A DNA stretch of 64,000 bases, from positions 126,480,001 to 126,544,000 of the forward strand of contig NC_043001.1 of assembly GCF_006345805.1 (NCBI RefSeq). The letters run 5' to 3'. The stretch is from Octopus sinensis (taxonomy: Eukaryota). Below, piece by piece: positions 39,601-52,674 of this stretch. The notes beneath the pieces were generated by a model. The model was not told where the DNA came from. It saw only the letters and a list, made by a program, of their open reading frames with translations, and made no database searches. Numbering within the stretch: position 1 is the stretch's first letter; each line of letters begins with the position of its first letter. Made by a program: the position numbers and the translations under genes.

Positions 39601-40059
39601 CATCTGTGACAAAAAGTATGCAAAGAAAGTATTAATGACAACATATGAACAGTTTAAACTTTAAAAAATAATAAGATAGAAGATAGAAAAACCTCTGAAA
39701 AACCTAAATCTTGTGTATAATACGCACCCCACTCTTTAACTTGAACCAAGGAGGTCTATATAACGTCCTTGGTTTGTAAAAAATGTATACGGTAACGTCC
39801 TTTATTATTATTGTATAATATAATATAATGCAAATGTGTAGCTTTTTTGTGCATTTTGTTTGCAGAAAATAAAGAAATAACAGTAATAATGTTTAATAAA
39901 TGTTGCTTACTGCATGTTATAGATGATTCTTTTATGACTTCATTGCTTTCAGGCTTCGCTTAAGGTATTTTACGCCCGACATCACAAAATGCGTCTAAAT
40001 AAACATTGCCGGACAGCAAATAGAGACTCGGACATTGTTTAGAAAATCATTTTCATTTT

Positions 40060-40142
40060 TAACCTCGTATATAGTACGCTCTAGGGATTTTGACCTTTAA
40101 ATTTTGGGGGAAAATGCGGATTATACTCGAGGATTTACGGTA
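40060..40142 (-). mobile_element. pogo/Tigger-like terminal sequence
   Basis: Minus reads TA|CCGTAAATCCTCGAGTATAATCCGCA... A related TATAATACGCACCCC motif occurs at ~39715-39730. Confidence 0.45.
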
Positions 40143-40429
40143 GTCTCTGAAGCTGATGGATAAAAGTTGTCGAATCTAATGAAACCTATTTTGATTAATA
40201 AATAATGACTGTAAATATTTTTCATTTATTTGTTTCTAAGTAGCCATTTCACGTGCGGCAACTTAATATATAACCGTACCCCACCCTGATAAATGAAAAA
40301 TACTCTAAAGTGGTCCCTAGAGAAATTTGAACTTAGAATGTAGGGAGACATAACTAGAATATTGTAAAATGGTTCATCTGTGCTCAACCACTCCTAGCAC
40401 TCCACTTCTTTTCCCTATCCAATGATATA

Positions 40430-42020
40430 AATTTCTAACACATTTCGCAGAGTGGTTGGGGCACAGATTAAATCGCCTCCGGTACTTATCTAGTATATTT
40501 TATTTATTGAATCTCTGTAAGACGAAACCAAAAGTCGACCTCAACGGAATTTGAACTCATAATGTAGAGGTAATATAATTAGATACCGCAAGGCATTTTA
40601 TTTTGAATCAGTACTTCTACCGTAAATACCACTTCAACTATCGTTTTTATTCAATGATGTTAGTAACACCAACACTCCTATCTTTATGTTAAATTCAAAA
40701 CAAAAAAAAAACCTGTTAGCGAGCATCAACATACTTCCCACTTAGTCGCCACCCACAATGTGTTTATCTCTTTAAGAGGGGAAACATAACCCACATGGTT
40801 TAGCTCCTTAAAGCAACATCTCCCTACTGGAAGCCAACTTTGCAATTTAAGGACCACCATTAGTGATGATATTTTAAAATTCAGCACCGACTTGCTTCTA
40901 TCTTCTATCTATCTAAATTCTCATTCATTTTGTCACACGGTGTACTTTACCTCATTTAAGAAATTATCAGATGAAAAATAGGGTATAAGAATTTGGATTT
41001 TTTTTATATATGGAAACAGGTGAAGAAATATATGAACTGATATTTTGTTTATCGAAGGAAACGATGAAAGGTTAAGTCAACTTCTGTAAGACTTGAACGG
41101 AAAACTTGAAATTACAAATATATACCACAAAGCATTTTATCGGACACTCTACTGATTCTGTAAATCCTCTCCAACAATAATGATTTTTTGCATGGCTACA
41201 AGGTGAACAGCCAGTGGACATATCGACCCCAATAATTGACTAGTACTTTATTTTATTGAAACGGAATGACTAAAGGAAAAGTTGACCTTAGCGTGATTTG
41301 AAATCAGAATGTAAAGAGCAGGAACAATTATCTCGATGCAATTTCGCTCGATGCTTTAACGATTCAATCAAACTAAGAATAGGCTCCATGCCACAAATTT
41401 TAAGGGAGGCACTGAATAGTGTAAATCAACCTGAGTACTTGACTGATATTTTATTATAACGACCTCAAAGAGACGAAAGTTATACTTGGCCTCTTGGAAT
41501 TTGAATTCAGAAGATAAGGCTGCAGAATAAATACCAAACGATATTTTGACTGATATATTTTATGGCAAGAGTGGAAGGTAATTTTGACATATATTTTATG
41601 ACTAAAGTATGACTAGTAACGGTCTCAAATTTTGGCACAAGGTCAGGAATTTCAGGGGAGAGGATAAGTCAATTACACCGACTCCAGTACTCGACAGGTA
41701 CTTATTTTATCAACTCCGAAAGGATGAAAAACAAAATCTACCTAGGCGGCATTTAAACTCAGAACGTAAAGGCAGACGAATTGCCGCTAAGTATTTTGCC
41801 CGGCGTGCTAACGATTCTGGTAGCTCGCCGCCCTTAAGTGGGACTAATAATAACAATTGTTTTTAATATAGACACATTGTACAGAATTATGAGATGGGAA
41901 CTAAGTTGACTATATTTACTCATGTACTTGAGTGATATATTTCTATTTTATCGAGCCATGAATGATGAAAAGCAAATTTGACCTCAACTTGATTTGAGAT
42001 GAGAACGTAAAGAGCTTTGT
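40430..42020 (-). mobile_element. Cluster of about 6 same-orientation SINE family B copies (best preserved at 41620-41835)
   Basis: Repeated AAAGTCGACC...ATTTGAA(C/A)TCAGAA motif near 40530, 41070, 41280, 41480, 41730 and 41970. Confidence 0.75.
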
Positions 42021-42893
42021 GATAACATTAAATTATATGTAATCAGAAGTGTGCATCTGAAGACTGGATGCTCAATATACTTCATTTTCTAGGAGACAGT
42101 ACCCATATTTTCCCAGCAACATTTAGCCTCATAAGTGAATTAACCCTGTCAGAAAGCCACATGCAAACGTACTTGTGTCGTTTAGTCAGGGGTTTGAGTG
42201 CGAGTTCCTAGAATATTTCTTTCCCGGAGGATCAAATCTTCCTAACATCTGCAAGAATAATGAGAATAGGAATAAAATTGTAGGAGAACGACATTACGAA
42301 ACAAGTATTGAGCATAGTGGTCAGGTGATGACTGGGGCTTAAAGGTGTGACACTCAGCATTTGTAAACAAGGGAGACGTGTCAGGTGGGCTTTGGTAAAA
42401 ATACAATGAAATAGTTTCGAAGGCAAAAATCTCTATAGTGATAAAACAATGCGTCTATAGACTAAAGGTTAAACTAGAGTCTAAGATATCACTAAACGGT
42501 TAAACAGTCGTTTTTTCAATGCTACTGTGTTTGTTACTCAAGAAAACTAGTTGATCAGACGTTGAGTAATTCCGGGCCCTGAAAAGCGGTTATAATGAGA
42601 TGTAGAGCTTATTAAGGTTTCAAAGGAAGGTGACAGAGAAATATCACAAATTATGAGCCACACAATGTGAGAATTTCGACAGGATTTAAGCGAGTTAAAT
42701 GAATGTTGTCGAAATATAAAGAAAGTATGAGGTTTGAAGTTAGATTACTGACACAGTTCGGGAGGATAAGTTTACATCTATTTTATGTTTTATATATATA
42801 TATATATATATATGTATAGTACAAAGTAAGATAGGGGTTATGAGGGTAACCCACTATGGGAGATCAGTTATCCAATATATATATATATATACA

Positions 42894-43011
<118 letters not shown>

Positions 43012-43608
43012 ATATACATACATACATACACATAAATACGCACACATTTCTAATATATGTAACATATGTATGTACGAATGGATGAATAGAGATGTGCGTG
43101 TGCTTGTGAATGAAAGAACGTTATTGTGCTGCGTATGCATATGTAGGTAATCTGTGTGTGTATGTGTGTGTGTGTATATATATATACTCACATGTAGATG
43201 TATAAGCACATATACATACTCATACTTACATAGTTGAAATTGTTTTGAGTTCAACTTTGGAAAACGCCTTCGAGTAAACGCCACCTGTAGTTCACAGAAG
43301 ATTTATCATGACGAAAGTCCTCTTGTAGCAGGCAAGAAGCAAAAAAAAACAGAACAATAAATTCTCAAGATATTATTTATTATATTAATAAGTATCACTC
43401 CCTGTGGAGGAGCTACGATATCTGGTTAACATCAAGATAAATTGTCCGCCGTGTTAATACAACAAAAAAACAAAACATACAAATGTAGCGGATCAAGGAT
43501 AGAGAAAAACTCTATTGTCCTCTAGGTTGTTAGTCATCACATATGTTTTATATGTGTAGCTGTGTTCGTATGTGTATGCATATACGTATATAAACTTACA
43601 CCCACAGA

Positions 43609-43641
<33 letters not shown>

Positions 43642-43821
43642 GAAATAGGTGGCTTATTAGCAATTAGAATCTACAGGGAAAATTAGTGGATGTAACAAAA
43701 GTGACAGTGGGTACCGACCACCACCTCGTTTTGCTAAAAATAAGAGTTAAAGCAACTGCAGAGCCACAAAAGTAATGAACTTAATGACTGTCAAAGGTAG
43801 GTAAGACCCCTAGCGTACGTA

Positions 43822-43868
43822 GTCGGATCGCGTCTTCGGATTTTACCATCTTAATCTTCATCAGCGAC
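43822..43868 (-). ncRNA. Degenerate hammerhead, left arm of the dimer
   Basis: gucg-CUGAUGA-AGAUU(10 nt)AAUCC-GAAG-ACGCGAUC-cgac. A-C mismatch at the base of stem II and GAAG instead of GAAA. Confidence 0.65.
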
Positions 43869-44285
43869 TTTTAACGCCTACGGTAAAACACAACTATCTC
43901 TACCGTTGAAAACATATGCTGATTTTCAAAACGGTAAAAGTGTAAACAAAAAATTGAAACGATGGTTTATTAGCAATTAGAACCTAAAAACAATATTAAC
44001 AGAGGCCAGGAAAGTAACAGTGGGCACAGACTAGCACCTCTGAGTTCACTGCTTTTGTGGTTTGGAGGTGTTTTAACTCTTATTTTTAGCAAAAGATTTG
44101 CTAGTCAGTACCTTCCATCATTTTTGTGACCTCTATTAATATTGCTTTTAGGTTCTAATTGCTAATAAGCCACCATTTTTAATTTGTTGTTTACACGTTT
44201 ACCGTTCTGAAAGTCAGCACACGTTTTCAACGGTTTTCTTTATAAGACTGACAGCGGTAGTTGAGTTTAATCTTAGGTATAAAGA

Positions 44286-44339
44286 GTCGCTGATGAGGAT
44301 TTAGATGGTTTGCATCAAAATCCGAAATCACGATCCGAC
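44286..44339 (+). ncRNA. Complete minimal type I hammerhead ribozyme (AUC site)
   Basis: GUCG/CGAC stem I; CUGAUGA; stem II GGAUUU/AAAUCC plus GAUG/CAUC; GAAA; near-palindromic stem III AUC-AC-GAU; cleavage after AUC at 44335. Confidence 0.85.
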
Positions 44340-45253
44340 CATGTACGTAGGGAATTAACGTCACTTTGTCAGTCATTAAATTCAGTGCTTTGTGGCGTTG
44401 GAGTTGTTTTAACTCTCATTTTTAGCAAAAGAGTTGCTAAGTCAGTACCCTCTGTCACATTTGCGACCTCTATTAATTTTACACACACACGCATATATAT
44501 ATATGTATTCAAAAAAAGACTGGATACCCAACGATATGCGATGCAGATGTTTCACTGTAGCGGTGAAAACTTTAACTGAGGAAAGCAGCATCAAAGACGT
44601 TTATTCAACAAGTTAACTACAAAAACAGTTGTCCTAAAATAATTACCAATTGCATCGGCTTTACTCCAGCATCACGGCAGTATTCTGGAGATGATGACGG
44701 ATGAAAGAATGATTTCAAAGTTTGGCACAAGGCCAGCAGTTTTAGGTGACTGGTAAGTCGATTACATCGACCTCAGTGCTCAAATGTTTCTTATTTTATC
44801 GAATCTGAAATAATAAAAGGTAAAGTCGTCGACGACCGAATAGTAAAGTATGAGAGGATAAAAGAATAAAAATATAATTGTGTATTGCGAGTGAATTAGG
44901 TAGACAAAACCTGTGCGGAATCACAAAATTCACATGCACATATTTCTATGTATGTATAAATGCATGCACGTAAGCGTATATACATATATGTGTGTATCTC
45001 TCTTTCTTTCTCTCTCTCTCTCTCTCTGTATATATATATATATATGTATATATACACCTATATATAAATACAACACACACACACACACATATATATATCT
45101 ATCAAGTTCTTGTTACTCTTTCACTCTGTGTACGTGAATATATATAGTATGTGTGTGTGTGCGTGCGTAGGCGCATGCGTGGATGTATGTATGTATGTAT
45201 GTCTGTCTGTATGTATGTATGTATGTATGTATGTATGTTTGTATATATGTATG

Positions 45254-45318
<65 letters not shown>

Positions 45319-46278
45319 TATGCATATTTGTGTGTATGCATACAGACACACCCACATATATATATTCATATACATATACTCATATGTACAGAATTCCAAA
45401 AGAGTCTCTCTGCAGGGGGCCAGTCTAATCTGACGTAGGGATTTACCTTTTCGTTGTTCATTAACCAGGGGGTCTACACCCACCACTTGATGGTTTTAAG
45501 TGGAAGATCAGTACCAAAAATATATATATATAAAATAAAATAAAATAAAAAGCAAAAATCCATCAATAATAATCACAATAAAAATAATAAATATACTTGT
45601 AGAAGTCAAAGTAACACAGTACAAATAATCATCTGGAAACTACTAATTGAACATGTTTTGCATTCTTCTTCATTTCTTTCATTCTTCCCAATCCTCCTCT
45701 TAACGTAAATTGTTATATTTTTGTTACTTTCCATTTCATATTCTACTTCAACTCTCTCGTTCTTTCTTCGCTTTTCTTCATGTCTGCTTCTTTACGCTTC
45801 TGTCCGTTTTTCAATTAACCCTTTTCAAGCAAGCAATCTTTATTAGTTTCTTACTTCTCTCTATTGTATGTACACACGCCAGCAAATGGTTGCGTATATA
45901 TATTTTTATACATCCCTTCTTCAGAGACGGTGCGAGGAAATGTTTAATAGTTATTATAGAGAAGACATGAAATACAGAGTGTAGTGGAGGAATAAAAAAC
46001 AGAGGTGAGGCACATAAGGATATTGTATTTGAGGTTCCATTATTTAAGCAGAATGGTGTATGTATAAGTTTGGAACTTACACACAAGGTACAGGAAAATT
46101 ATATGTATACCATTCGGTATATTATTTGTAACTCACGTGGGTGAAATTCTGGAGGGAGATACGAATTCACTTCTCTATATAAATGTGGATATGCTGGTCA
46201 GCTTCTATATGTCCGATGTCGCCTGTTCGGAATATGGTGGTAAGATTTCCTAGCATTTTCAGATTTATTTATCGGAAT

Positions 46279-46338
46279 ATTATGTTGATGAAGGAAATGG
46301 ATCTTTGATTTTAATCCAGAAACGTATGCGTCCATAAT
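46279..46338 (+). ncRNA. Hammerhead-like motif with C3-to-U change and purine insert before stem II
   Basis: AUUAUG/CAUAAU stem I (6 bp); UUGAUGA; aggaaa; UGGAU/AUCCA; GAAAC-GUAUGC-GUC. Confidence 0.55.
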
Positions 46339-47253
46339 TGACCGGACACTGTTTGATTTCGTTGTTTTTCTTCGTTTTTTTTTTTACCATAGTGAGTTAC
46401 AAATACTGTTGTCTGTAGGACATATTTTTGTAGTAAAAGAAATAACAGTTGTCTGGCTGTATGTATATACATACCTAACTATATATACGGACACGCACAC
46501 ACTCGCATACACATGTATGTATGCATGTATGTATAATGTATATATTATATGTATTATATATGTATATAAAGTATACTGATGTATATATGTATGCATCTAT
46601 GTATATGTGTGTGCGCGCGTATGTGCGTGTATGTGTGTGTACGTGTGTGTGTGTGTGTGTACGTGTGTGCGTGTAAACGCGCTCACAGTTACATGCATAC
46701 ACGCACATACATAAAGTAAAATAACATCAGTCATTTTAATTAATGTGGACCCAGAATGTCGTATTTGTCACGTGATTAACCGTTGGTTTAATGCCGCGTG
46801 GATATTTATTACTTCGTATTTACCTTGGCGTCTCTCTATTAAAAAAAAATGTATATGACAAGATTAATTTTGACCGCTAAAATTGGAATATATGGTTGAC
46901 TGCCATACGGTCTAGAGGTGGGCCTTGGTTGCCAGGTTTAATATATGGCATTGCGAAGTGACTGTTTAGATATTGTCAAATTGATTGTAAATCTCGCTGC
47001 CTTGTAAGTTTATTCCTCTAATAAATGACACGCTCGTCGCGCATGTGTGTTGTGTGTACTTAGGCTCGAACGAATGCTCACACACTCACATAGCTATCTA
47101 ACCACACACACTCCCAGCAAGTTGATAAGCGTATTAACATGCACACAGATATGTATGCATATATGTGTGTATTTTTTATGGATGATCGTATGTATCTATT
47201 CATAATATATGCGTGTGACTCTCTATTTATCTCTCACTCTCTTTATATATATA

Positions 47254-47634
47254 CTAGCAGTATCGCCCGGCGTTGCTCGGGTTTGTAAGGGAAATAACTA
47301 TATAAGCATTTTTAGAGAGTTATAGCCAAAAAATAGGAAAAAAATGCATTAAAAATGGAAAAAAAATTAAAGTAAGTTGACACATCGTAGATATTTTTAG
47401 AGAGTTACTTCCCTTATATAATAGCGAAAAAAATGCATTAAAATGGAAAAATATGATGGTAAATTTTTTAAATCGTAGACTCATCGTAGACGCGCGCTAA
47501 TACCCAGAAGGGCTCGATATGACTCACGACTATAAGATACCCGGTTTTGGTTACACTGCACCGCAAAATGTGGGAGTAGTTAGGAATCTAAATCGTAGGA
47601 GACAGACACATAACTTCACTCTTATATATAAAGA
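47254..47634 (-). mobile_element. Non-autonomous Helitron (family H1), complete, 381 bp
   Basis: Minus: A|TC...hairpin CCCG-AGCAACGC-CGGG...CTAG|T, i.e. canonical 5' TC, 3' CTRR and an A/T target. Confidence 0.85.
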
Positions 47635-47742
47635 TATAAGTCACGTAGTTATATACACATACTTTGTTATATACACATTCTTAAAAGAAAATGTTATTTT
47701 GAATACAACATTTATAAAGAATAAAATATTTTTTGGTTTTTC

Positions 47743-48030
47743 TTAACCCTTTCGTTACTATATTTCTGACCAAAATACGCCCCTTATGTGTTTCAATTAA
47801 TTTCTAACGTAATCATAAATTTAGTCTGGTTTCATTAAACAACAATAACTTTTTTATTTATCAATATATTAACGGGAATTTTGGAAGATAATTTAATGAA
47901 ATGTCCTCAACCAATTCTATACTATAATTTTTGTCACAAAGTGACTCTAATTGCAGGTAGATACAGGTAAATTCAACAATATATAAAATTATTAAAATTT
48001 TGTTCAAACATCGCTATAGAAAATGGGTTA
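47743..48030 (+). mobile_element. piggyBac-like MITE, one clear end
   Basis: TTAA|CCCTTTCGTTAC at 47743-47758; a possible decayed opposite end GGGTTA lies near 48025-48030. Confidence 0.45.
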
Positions 48031-48718
48031 TTAGCTAATATTCAATTGGGTATACAACAAAATTTTACGATAGAATTTGTTATTCTGGGTAACTTTCTGA
48101 TACCCATAATAATATTTATGTCAAAATAGGCCTTAATTACATTTAAGGTTGTGGGAAATAACAAACTATCCTTTCTTTCGTTTTGTTTACGTTTAGCGTA
48201 ACGTTTCGTTTCTGCCGTAGATTTCAAATAGGCTCAATCGAAAAAGTAAACAGAAATAGTCTAAGGCTTTACTCTTCTGGGAAAGTCTGTGGCTTGGTGC
48301 AGTTTCTTCAGAAAAATCACCGAAAGAAACAGTTTTTAAATTTTCACTCCATTCAGGTACCAATTCGTTTTCTTTATCGCTGTCGGATTCACTGTTTTCA
48401 CTTTAATAGCTGCAAACTTGCAAAGACAAAGGAGGAGAAGGGTGATAGCGTCAGTGAAACAATTCGCTCCCTTTGTATGTGTGTGAGTTTGCGTGTGGTG
48501 TAAACCACATTAAGAAAAACATTTGACATACACACCAGAATGTGAGTTTTCTGTAAATTTTGCTTAATTGGAGTTTAAATTTTAAAAACTGGACCTGGCA
48601 TGACCCGATGCATTCTACTCTTAAAAATGCTAGGTAAATTGTAATTGAAGAAATCCTATATTGTAGATTTCTATAAGTTACAAAGGGAGGCAGATAAAAT
48701 CTGCCTTTTATAATAAGA
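48031..48718 (-). mobile_element. Second Helitron family (H2); 3' boundary tentative
   Basis: 48480-48718 is near-identical to 50270-50511, which begins A|TCTCTTATTATAAAAGGCAGATTTTATCTGCC on the minus strand. Possible CTAA|T end at 48031. Confidence 0.55.
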
Positions 48719-49352
48719 CTAGCAGTATCGCCCGGCGTTGCTCGGGTTTGTAAGGGAAATAACTATATAAGCATTTTTAGAGTTATAGCCAAAAATTAGC
48801 AAAAAATGCATTAAAAATGGAAAAAATATGATGGTAAATTTTTTTAAAAATCGTTGACTCATCGTAGACATTTTTAGAGAGTTACTTCCCTTATATAATA
48901 GCGAAAAAATGCATTAAAATGGAAAAAAAACGATGGTAATTTTTTTTTAAATCGTAGACTCATGTAGACGCTTTCTTAGCCATTTCTGTTTTGGTGTCTT
49001 CAAGCCATGAAGTCGTTGTTCTAAAAGAACACTGGTCTCCTTGACAACGCATTACGACGTTGATTTCCTTACACTCCCTTCCCCACAGGTGCAGGTGTGA
49101 GCGTGGACGCCAACTCCGCCGCCATCGACACACGAAAAATTATGCATTAAAATGGAATAAAAAATGATGTTAAATTATTTTTAAAATCGTAGACTCATCG
49201 TAGACGCGCGCTAATATTCAGACGGGCTTGATATGAATCACGACTATAAGCTACCCGAATTTGGTTAAACTGTACCGCAAAATGTGGGAGTAGTTAGGAA
49301 TCTAAATCGAAGGGGACAGACACTCACACAACTACAGTTTTATATATATAGA
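48719..49352 (-). mobile_element. Helitron H1, longer variant (634 bp) abutting H2
   Basis: Same TC/CTAG ends and hairpin as 47254-47634, plus an extra GC-richer segment at ~48971-49135. Confidence 0.85.
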
Positions 49353-49399
49353 TATACATAGCGCAGTAGTGGTGAGATATGACAGCAAAGAAAAGCATA

Positions 49400-49785
49400 C
49401 ATTCACTCTCTGCATGCAATTAGACTCGGAAAGTTCGTGAGGAACCCATTGACCCAATTTGCTGCCTTTTCCGATAGCACACAGGTGTCAATGAATGGTT
49501 GAATGACCAAATCCAAGCTTCCTGCTAGTTCCTCAACAGTTACGATGATATTTTGTTCCACCAGGGTTTTCAGGATGTCCTTGTCGAGTTCTACAGATCT
49601 TTCAGGATGAGGCTCGTCTTCTAGGCTGTAGTTTATGGCTCGGGATTTCTGGAACCACCATTGACACTGCCTTACGCTTATTGTCCAATCCCCATATACT
49701 GCATTATATTTCTTGTACTTTGCACACATTTATATTCTGTTATTCTTTTATATGTTTCAGCCTTGAGGTTGTGGCCATGCTGGAT

Positions 49786-49790
<5 letters not shown>
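49400..49790 (-). mobile_element. Mariner transposase N-terminal fragment
   Basis: NAVYGDWTISVRQCQWWFQK...SLEDEP...TVEELA and SKLGQWVPHELS (WVPHEL motif). Confidence 0.85.
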
Positions 49791-49816
<26 letters not shown>

Positions 49817-50269
49817 CTATCTGTCTGTCTGTCTGTATGTATATATGTATATGTATGTGTGTGAACAATAATATTTTCAACAGATGTGTTGCAAATGTAT
49901 CTGATTGTTCTCAAGCTTCAATACTGTGTGTGTGTGTATGTGTGTGTGTATGTATGTATGTATATGTATGTATGTATGTATATGTATGTATGTATGTATG
50001 TGTGTATGTATGTATGTGTGTGTGTATGTGTGTGTGTGTGTATGTGTGTATGTATGTATGTATGTATGTATGTATGTATGTATGTATGTATGACTGTATG
50101 TTTACTTTATTACTAATTACTCTCTTCCAAGAACATTTTCACTCACTCTTAGCTCTTAGCTTCCCATACATTTTACTCATGTATCTATCAGTGTCATAGA
50201 CAGAATACTTTCACTTTAGTCTTCCTCAAATCACTGTCGCTATTTACTTTCATTTTATTCGTTGCCCAC

Positions 50270-50511
50270 TGTGTGTGTGCGTTTGCGTGTGGTGTAAACC
50301 AGACTAAGAAAAGCATTTGACACACACCAGAATGTGAGTTTTCTGTAAATTTTGCTTAATTGGAGTTTAAATTTTAAAAACTGGACCTGGCATGACGCGA
50401 TGCATTGTACTCTTAAAAATGCAAGGTAAATTGTAATTGAAGAAATCCTATATTGTAGATTTGTATAACTCCCAAAGGGAGGCAGATAAAATCTGCCTTT
50501 TATAATAAGAG
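50270..50511 (-). mobile_element. Helitron H2 5' fragment
   Basis: Duplicate of 48480-48718 with an intact A|TC start. Confidence 0.65.
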
Positions 50512-50578
50512 ATATATATATATATATTGCTGGGTTAACCAGGCTAGAGTTGGTTTCAAGTTGTGAAAGGTATTTCTC

Positions 50579-50658
50579 AACCTTGGTGTTCGTCTCTGTC
50601 TTGGATGAAAACACCAAAATAGAGGTTTTCATCCAAGATGGAGACGAACAATAACGTT
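50579..50658. ncRNA. Pre-miRNA-like hairpin (candidate)
   Basis: 50588-50612 pairs with 50625-50649 over 25 bp (23 Watson-Crick plus 2 G-U on the + strand), with a 12-nt loop and an imperfect ~9-bp lower stem. Confidence 0.4.
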
Positions 50659-50798
50659 CCACGTGACAGACTTTAATAATTCTTAAGAGATATTTCTTTA
50701 ACATGATACCAATGGTAGTCTGGTAAACCTACGAATAAAGAATATTTATCCACAAATGCAGTGGTAATTACTCATTCACACTGATACACATATATATA

Positions 50799-50908
<110 letters not shown>

Positions 50909-50962
50909 ATATATAATTAGTAAATATTCAAATGAATACTCGTAAAGATCTTCTTCTTCTTC

Positions 50963-50996
<34 letters not shown>

Positions 50997-52135
50997 GAGC
51001 GGCAAATCAACAACAACATCAACTACATTAGTGGAAGCAAGCGATATTACCATTAAACAACTTCCACCCATAACTCTCTGGTGCCCCTTAAAAGGTCATA
51101 TCTGTTTTACTTAAATCAAAGGAAAAAAATAATTGATATCCACTATTTTACTGCTCTTCGGAAGTGTACGCTCCGTCTCTATCATGTTTGATATAAACAA
51201 CCGATCCAGCAGCAAACGTAAGATTCAACTAATTATATGGAAAACTCATTTATAGTACAGAAATAAAACAAAATAATAATGACAAGAATGAGAAAATTTT
51301 ATTATATGTATTTGTGAAATTTTATCACATAAGAAATAGGAAGCAACGAAGTTTGACAGCAGAACTGTCAAAACCCTGGAATATACACGTGAAACGGAAT
51401 TTCAACAGTTAAAGAATACTTGAGACAAACATCAAACAGCTGTTTCATAATTTGAGAGATATTGCAACTGAGAACTTGACAGTGTGGCTGCGAAAATCTG
51501 TCACCTTCGATTCTGGTATAAACCTTTGCGAATTTCTTCGGACAGGAGACTTGCTGTCGCTTATTCTCAAGGTATGGGAGCGTTGACTTGATAAGAAAAA
51601 AATAAAGAAATGTGACAAAATGATCTTCTATACTTCAGAAATGAAATGATAATTTTTGACGTTCAGTCATATCAATTTTTGCTTTTTATACAGTGTATTT
51701 GAATGTAAGGAAGCGGTGAAACGTTGTATTTTTATTCATACTAACAGATACATAAAGGCACATGCACGTATATACACGCACACACATACATACACACATA
51801 TATGTATGTGTGTATTTACTATATTTACTGTGAGAGTAGCACTTTCTTCCTTCGATTTAAATAAGCTTCATTGGGAACACATACACACACAAGTGATCTC
51901 ACAGACACACATGCATATACATACGGATATAGATATAAAATTATGTACGCATTCAAATATTGAAGTCACAGTATATTCGTATATGATTCATTTTCTCGAA
52001 AGTATAATAGGCATACATACATACAAACATAGATACATAATACATACATAATACATACATACATACATACATACATACATACATACATACATACATACAT
52101 ACATACATACATACAAATATATACATTCATAAATT

Positions 52136-52246
52136 TGAGGTCTGATCAATGAGTCTCTGGACTGATGCCATAGTAAAAGCTAAAGCACACAGAGTGAAGC
52201 CACTTGGCGCAGATTGAGCTTGAACTCTACTGTGCATGCGCACTAA
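52136..52246 (+). mobile_element. Mariner-like 5' terminal fragment
   Basis: GAGGTCTGATCAATGAGTCTCTGGACTG...CTGTGCATGCGCACTAA resembles mariner-type ends (from memory). Confidence 0.5.
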
Positions 52247-52279
52247 CTATCTATATGTATATGTATGTATGTATGTATG

Positions 52280-52310
<31 letters not shown>

Positions 52311-52444
52311 GCATATAGATATGTATATATATATATATATAAGTTTATATATATATATATAAGTTTATATATATATGTACGTATGTATATGTATATGCAT
52401 ATATGTATATATATGGATATATATATACATATATATATATATAT

Positions 52445-52650
52445 GACCTCGTGTGTACCGTTGGCGATTTTTTTCATCTGTCTCCCCTACTCTGGATCTT
52501 TCCTTCTCCTATGTTTCCGACAAAGAGCTCCGCTCAAAACGATACACCCTCCTTCTTTCCTTCTTTCTTGAGCGTCCAATAATACTATATTTGTTCCACG
52601 TCCTCGCGTTGTTGTATTTTTTGTGCTTTCTTGTTTGGATTAACTTTATA
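52445..52650 (+). mobile_element. Short repeat with a decayed hammerhead-like motif
   Basis: CCGACAA-A-GAGC-TCC-GCTC-AAAAC-GAT at 52517-52543. Two G-to-A changes at CpG positions separate it from CCGACGA...CGAAAC. Confidence 0.45.
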
Positions 52651-52674
52651 AATATATAAATATATATATATATT

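Larger units (their letters stand above)
43648..44478. mobile_element. Divergent inverted dimer of a 313-336-nt HHR-containing, retrozyme-like repeat unit
   Basis: Left arm: direct repeat GG(C/T)TTATTAGCAATTAGAA at 43651 and 43964 (period 313). Right arm, inverted: AACTCT at 44075 and 44411 (period 336). One HHR per arm, both pointing outward. Confidence 0.85.

Noticed and set aside
51380-51640. Possible mariner C-terminal relic on the minus strand (HQVNAP)
   Set aside because: Only one partial motif; the expected PPYSPDL is not recoverable.
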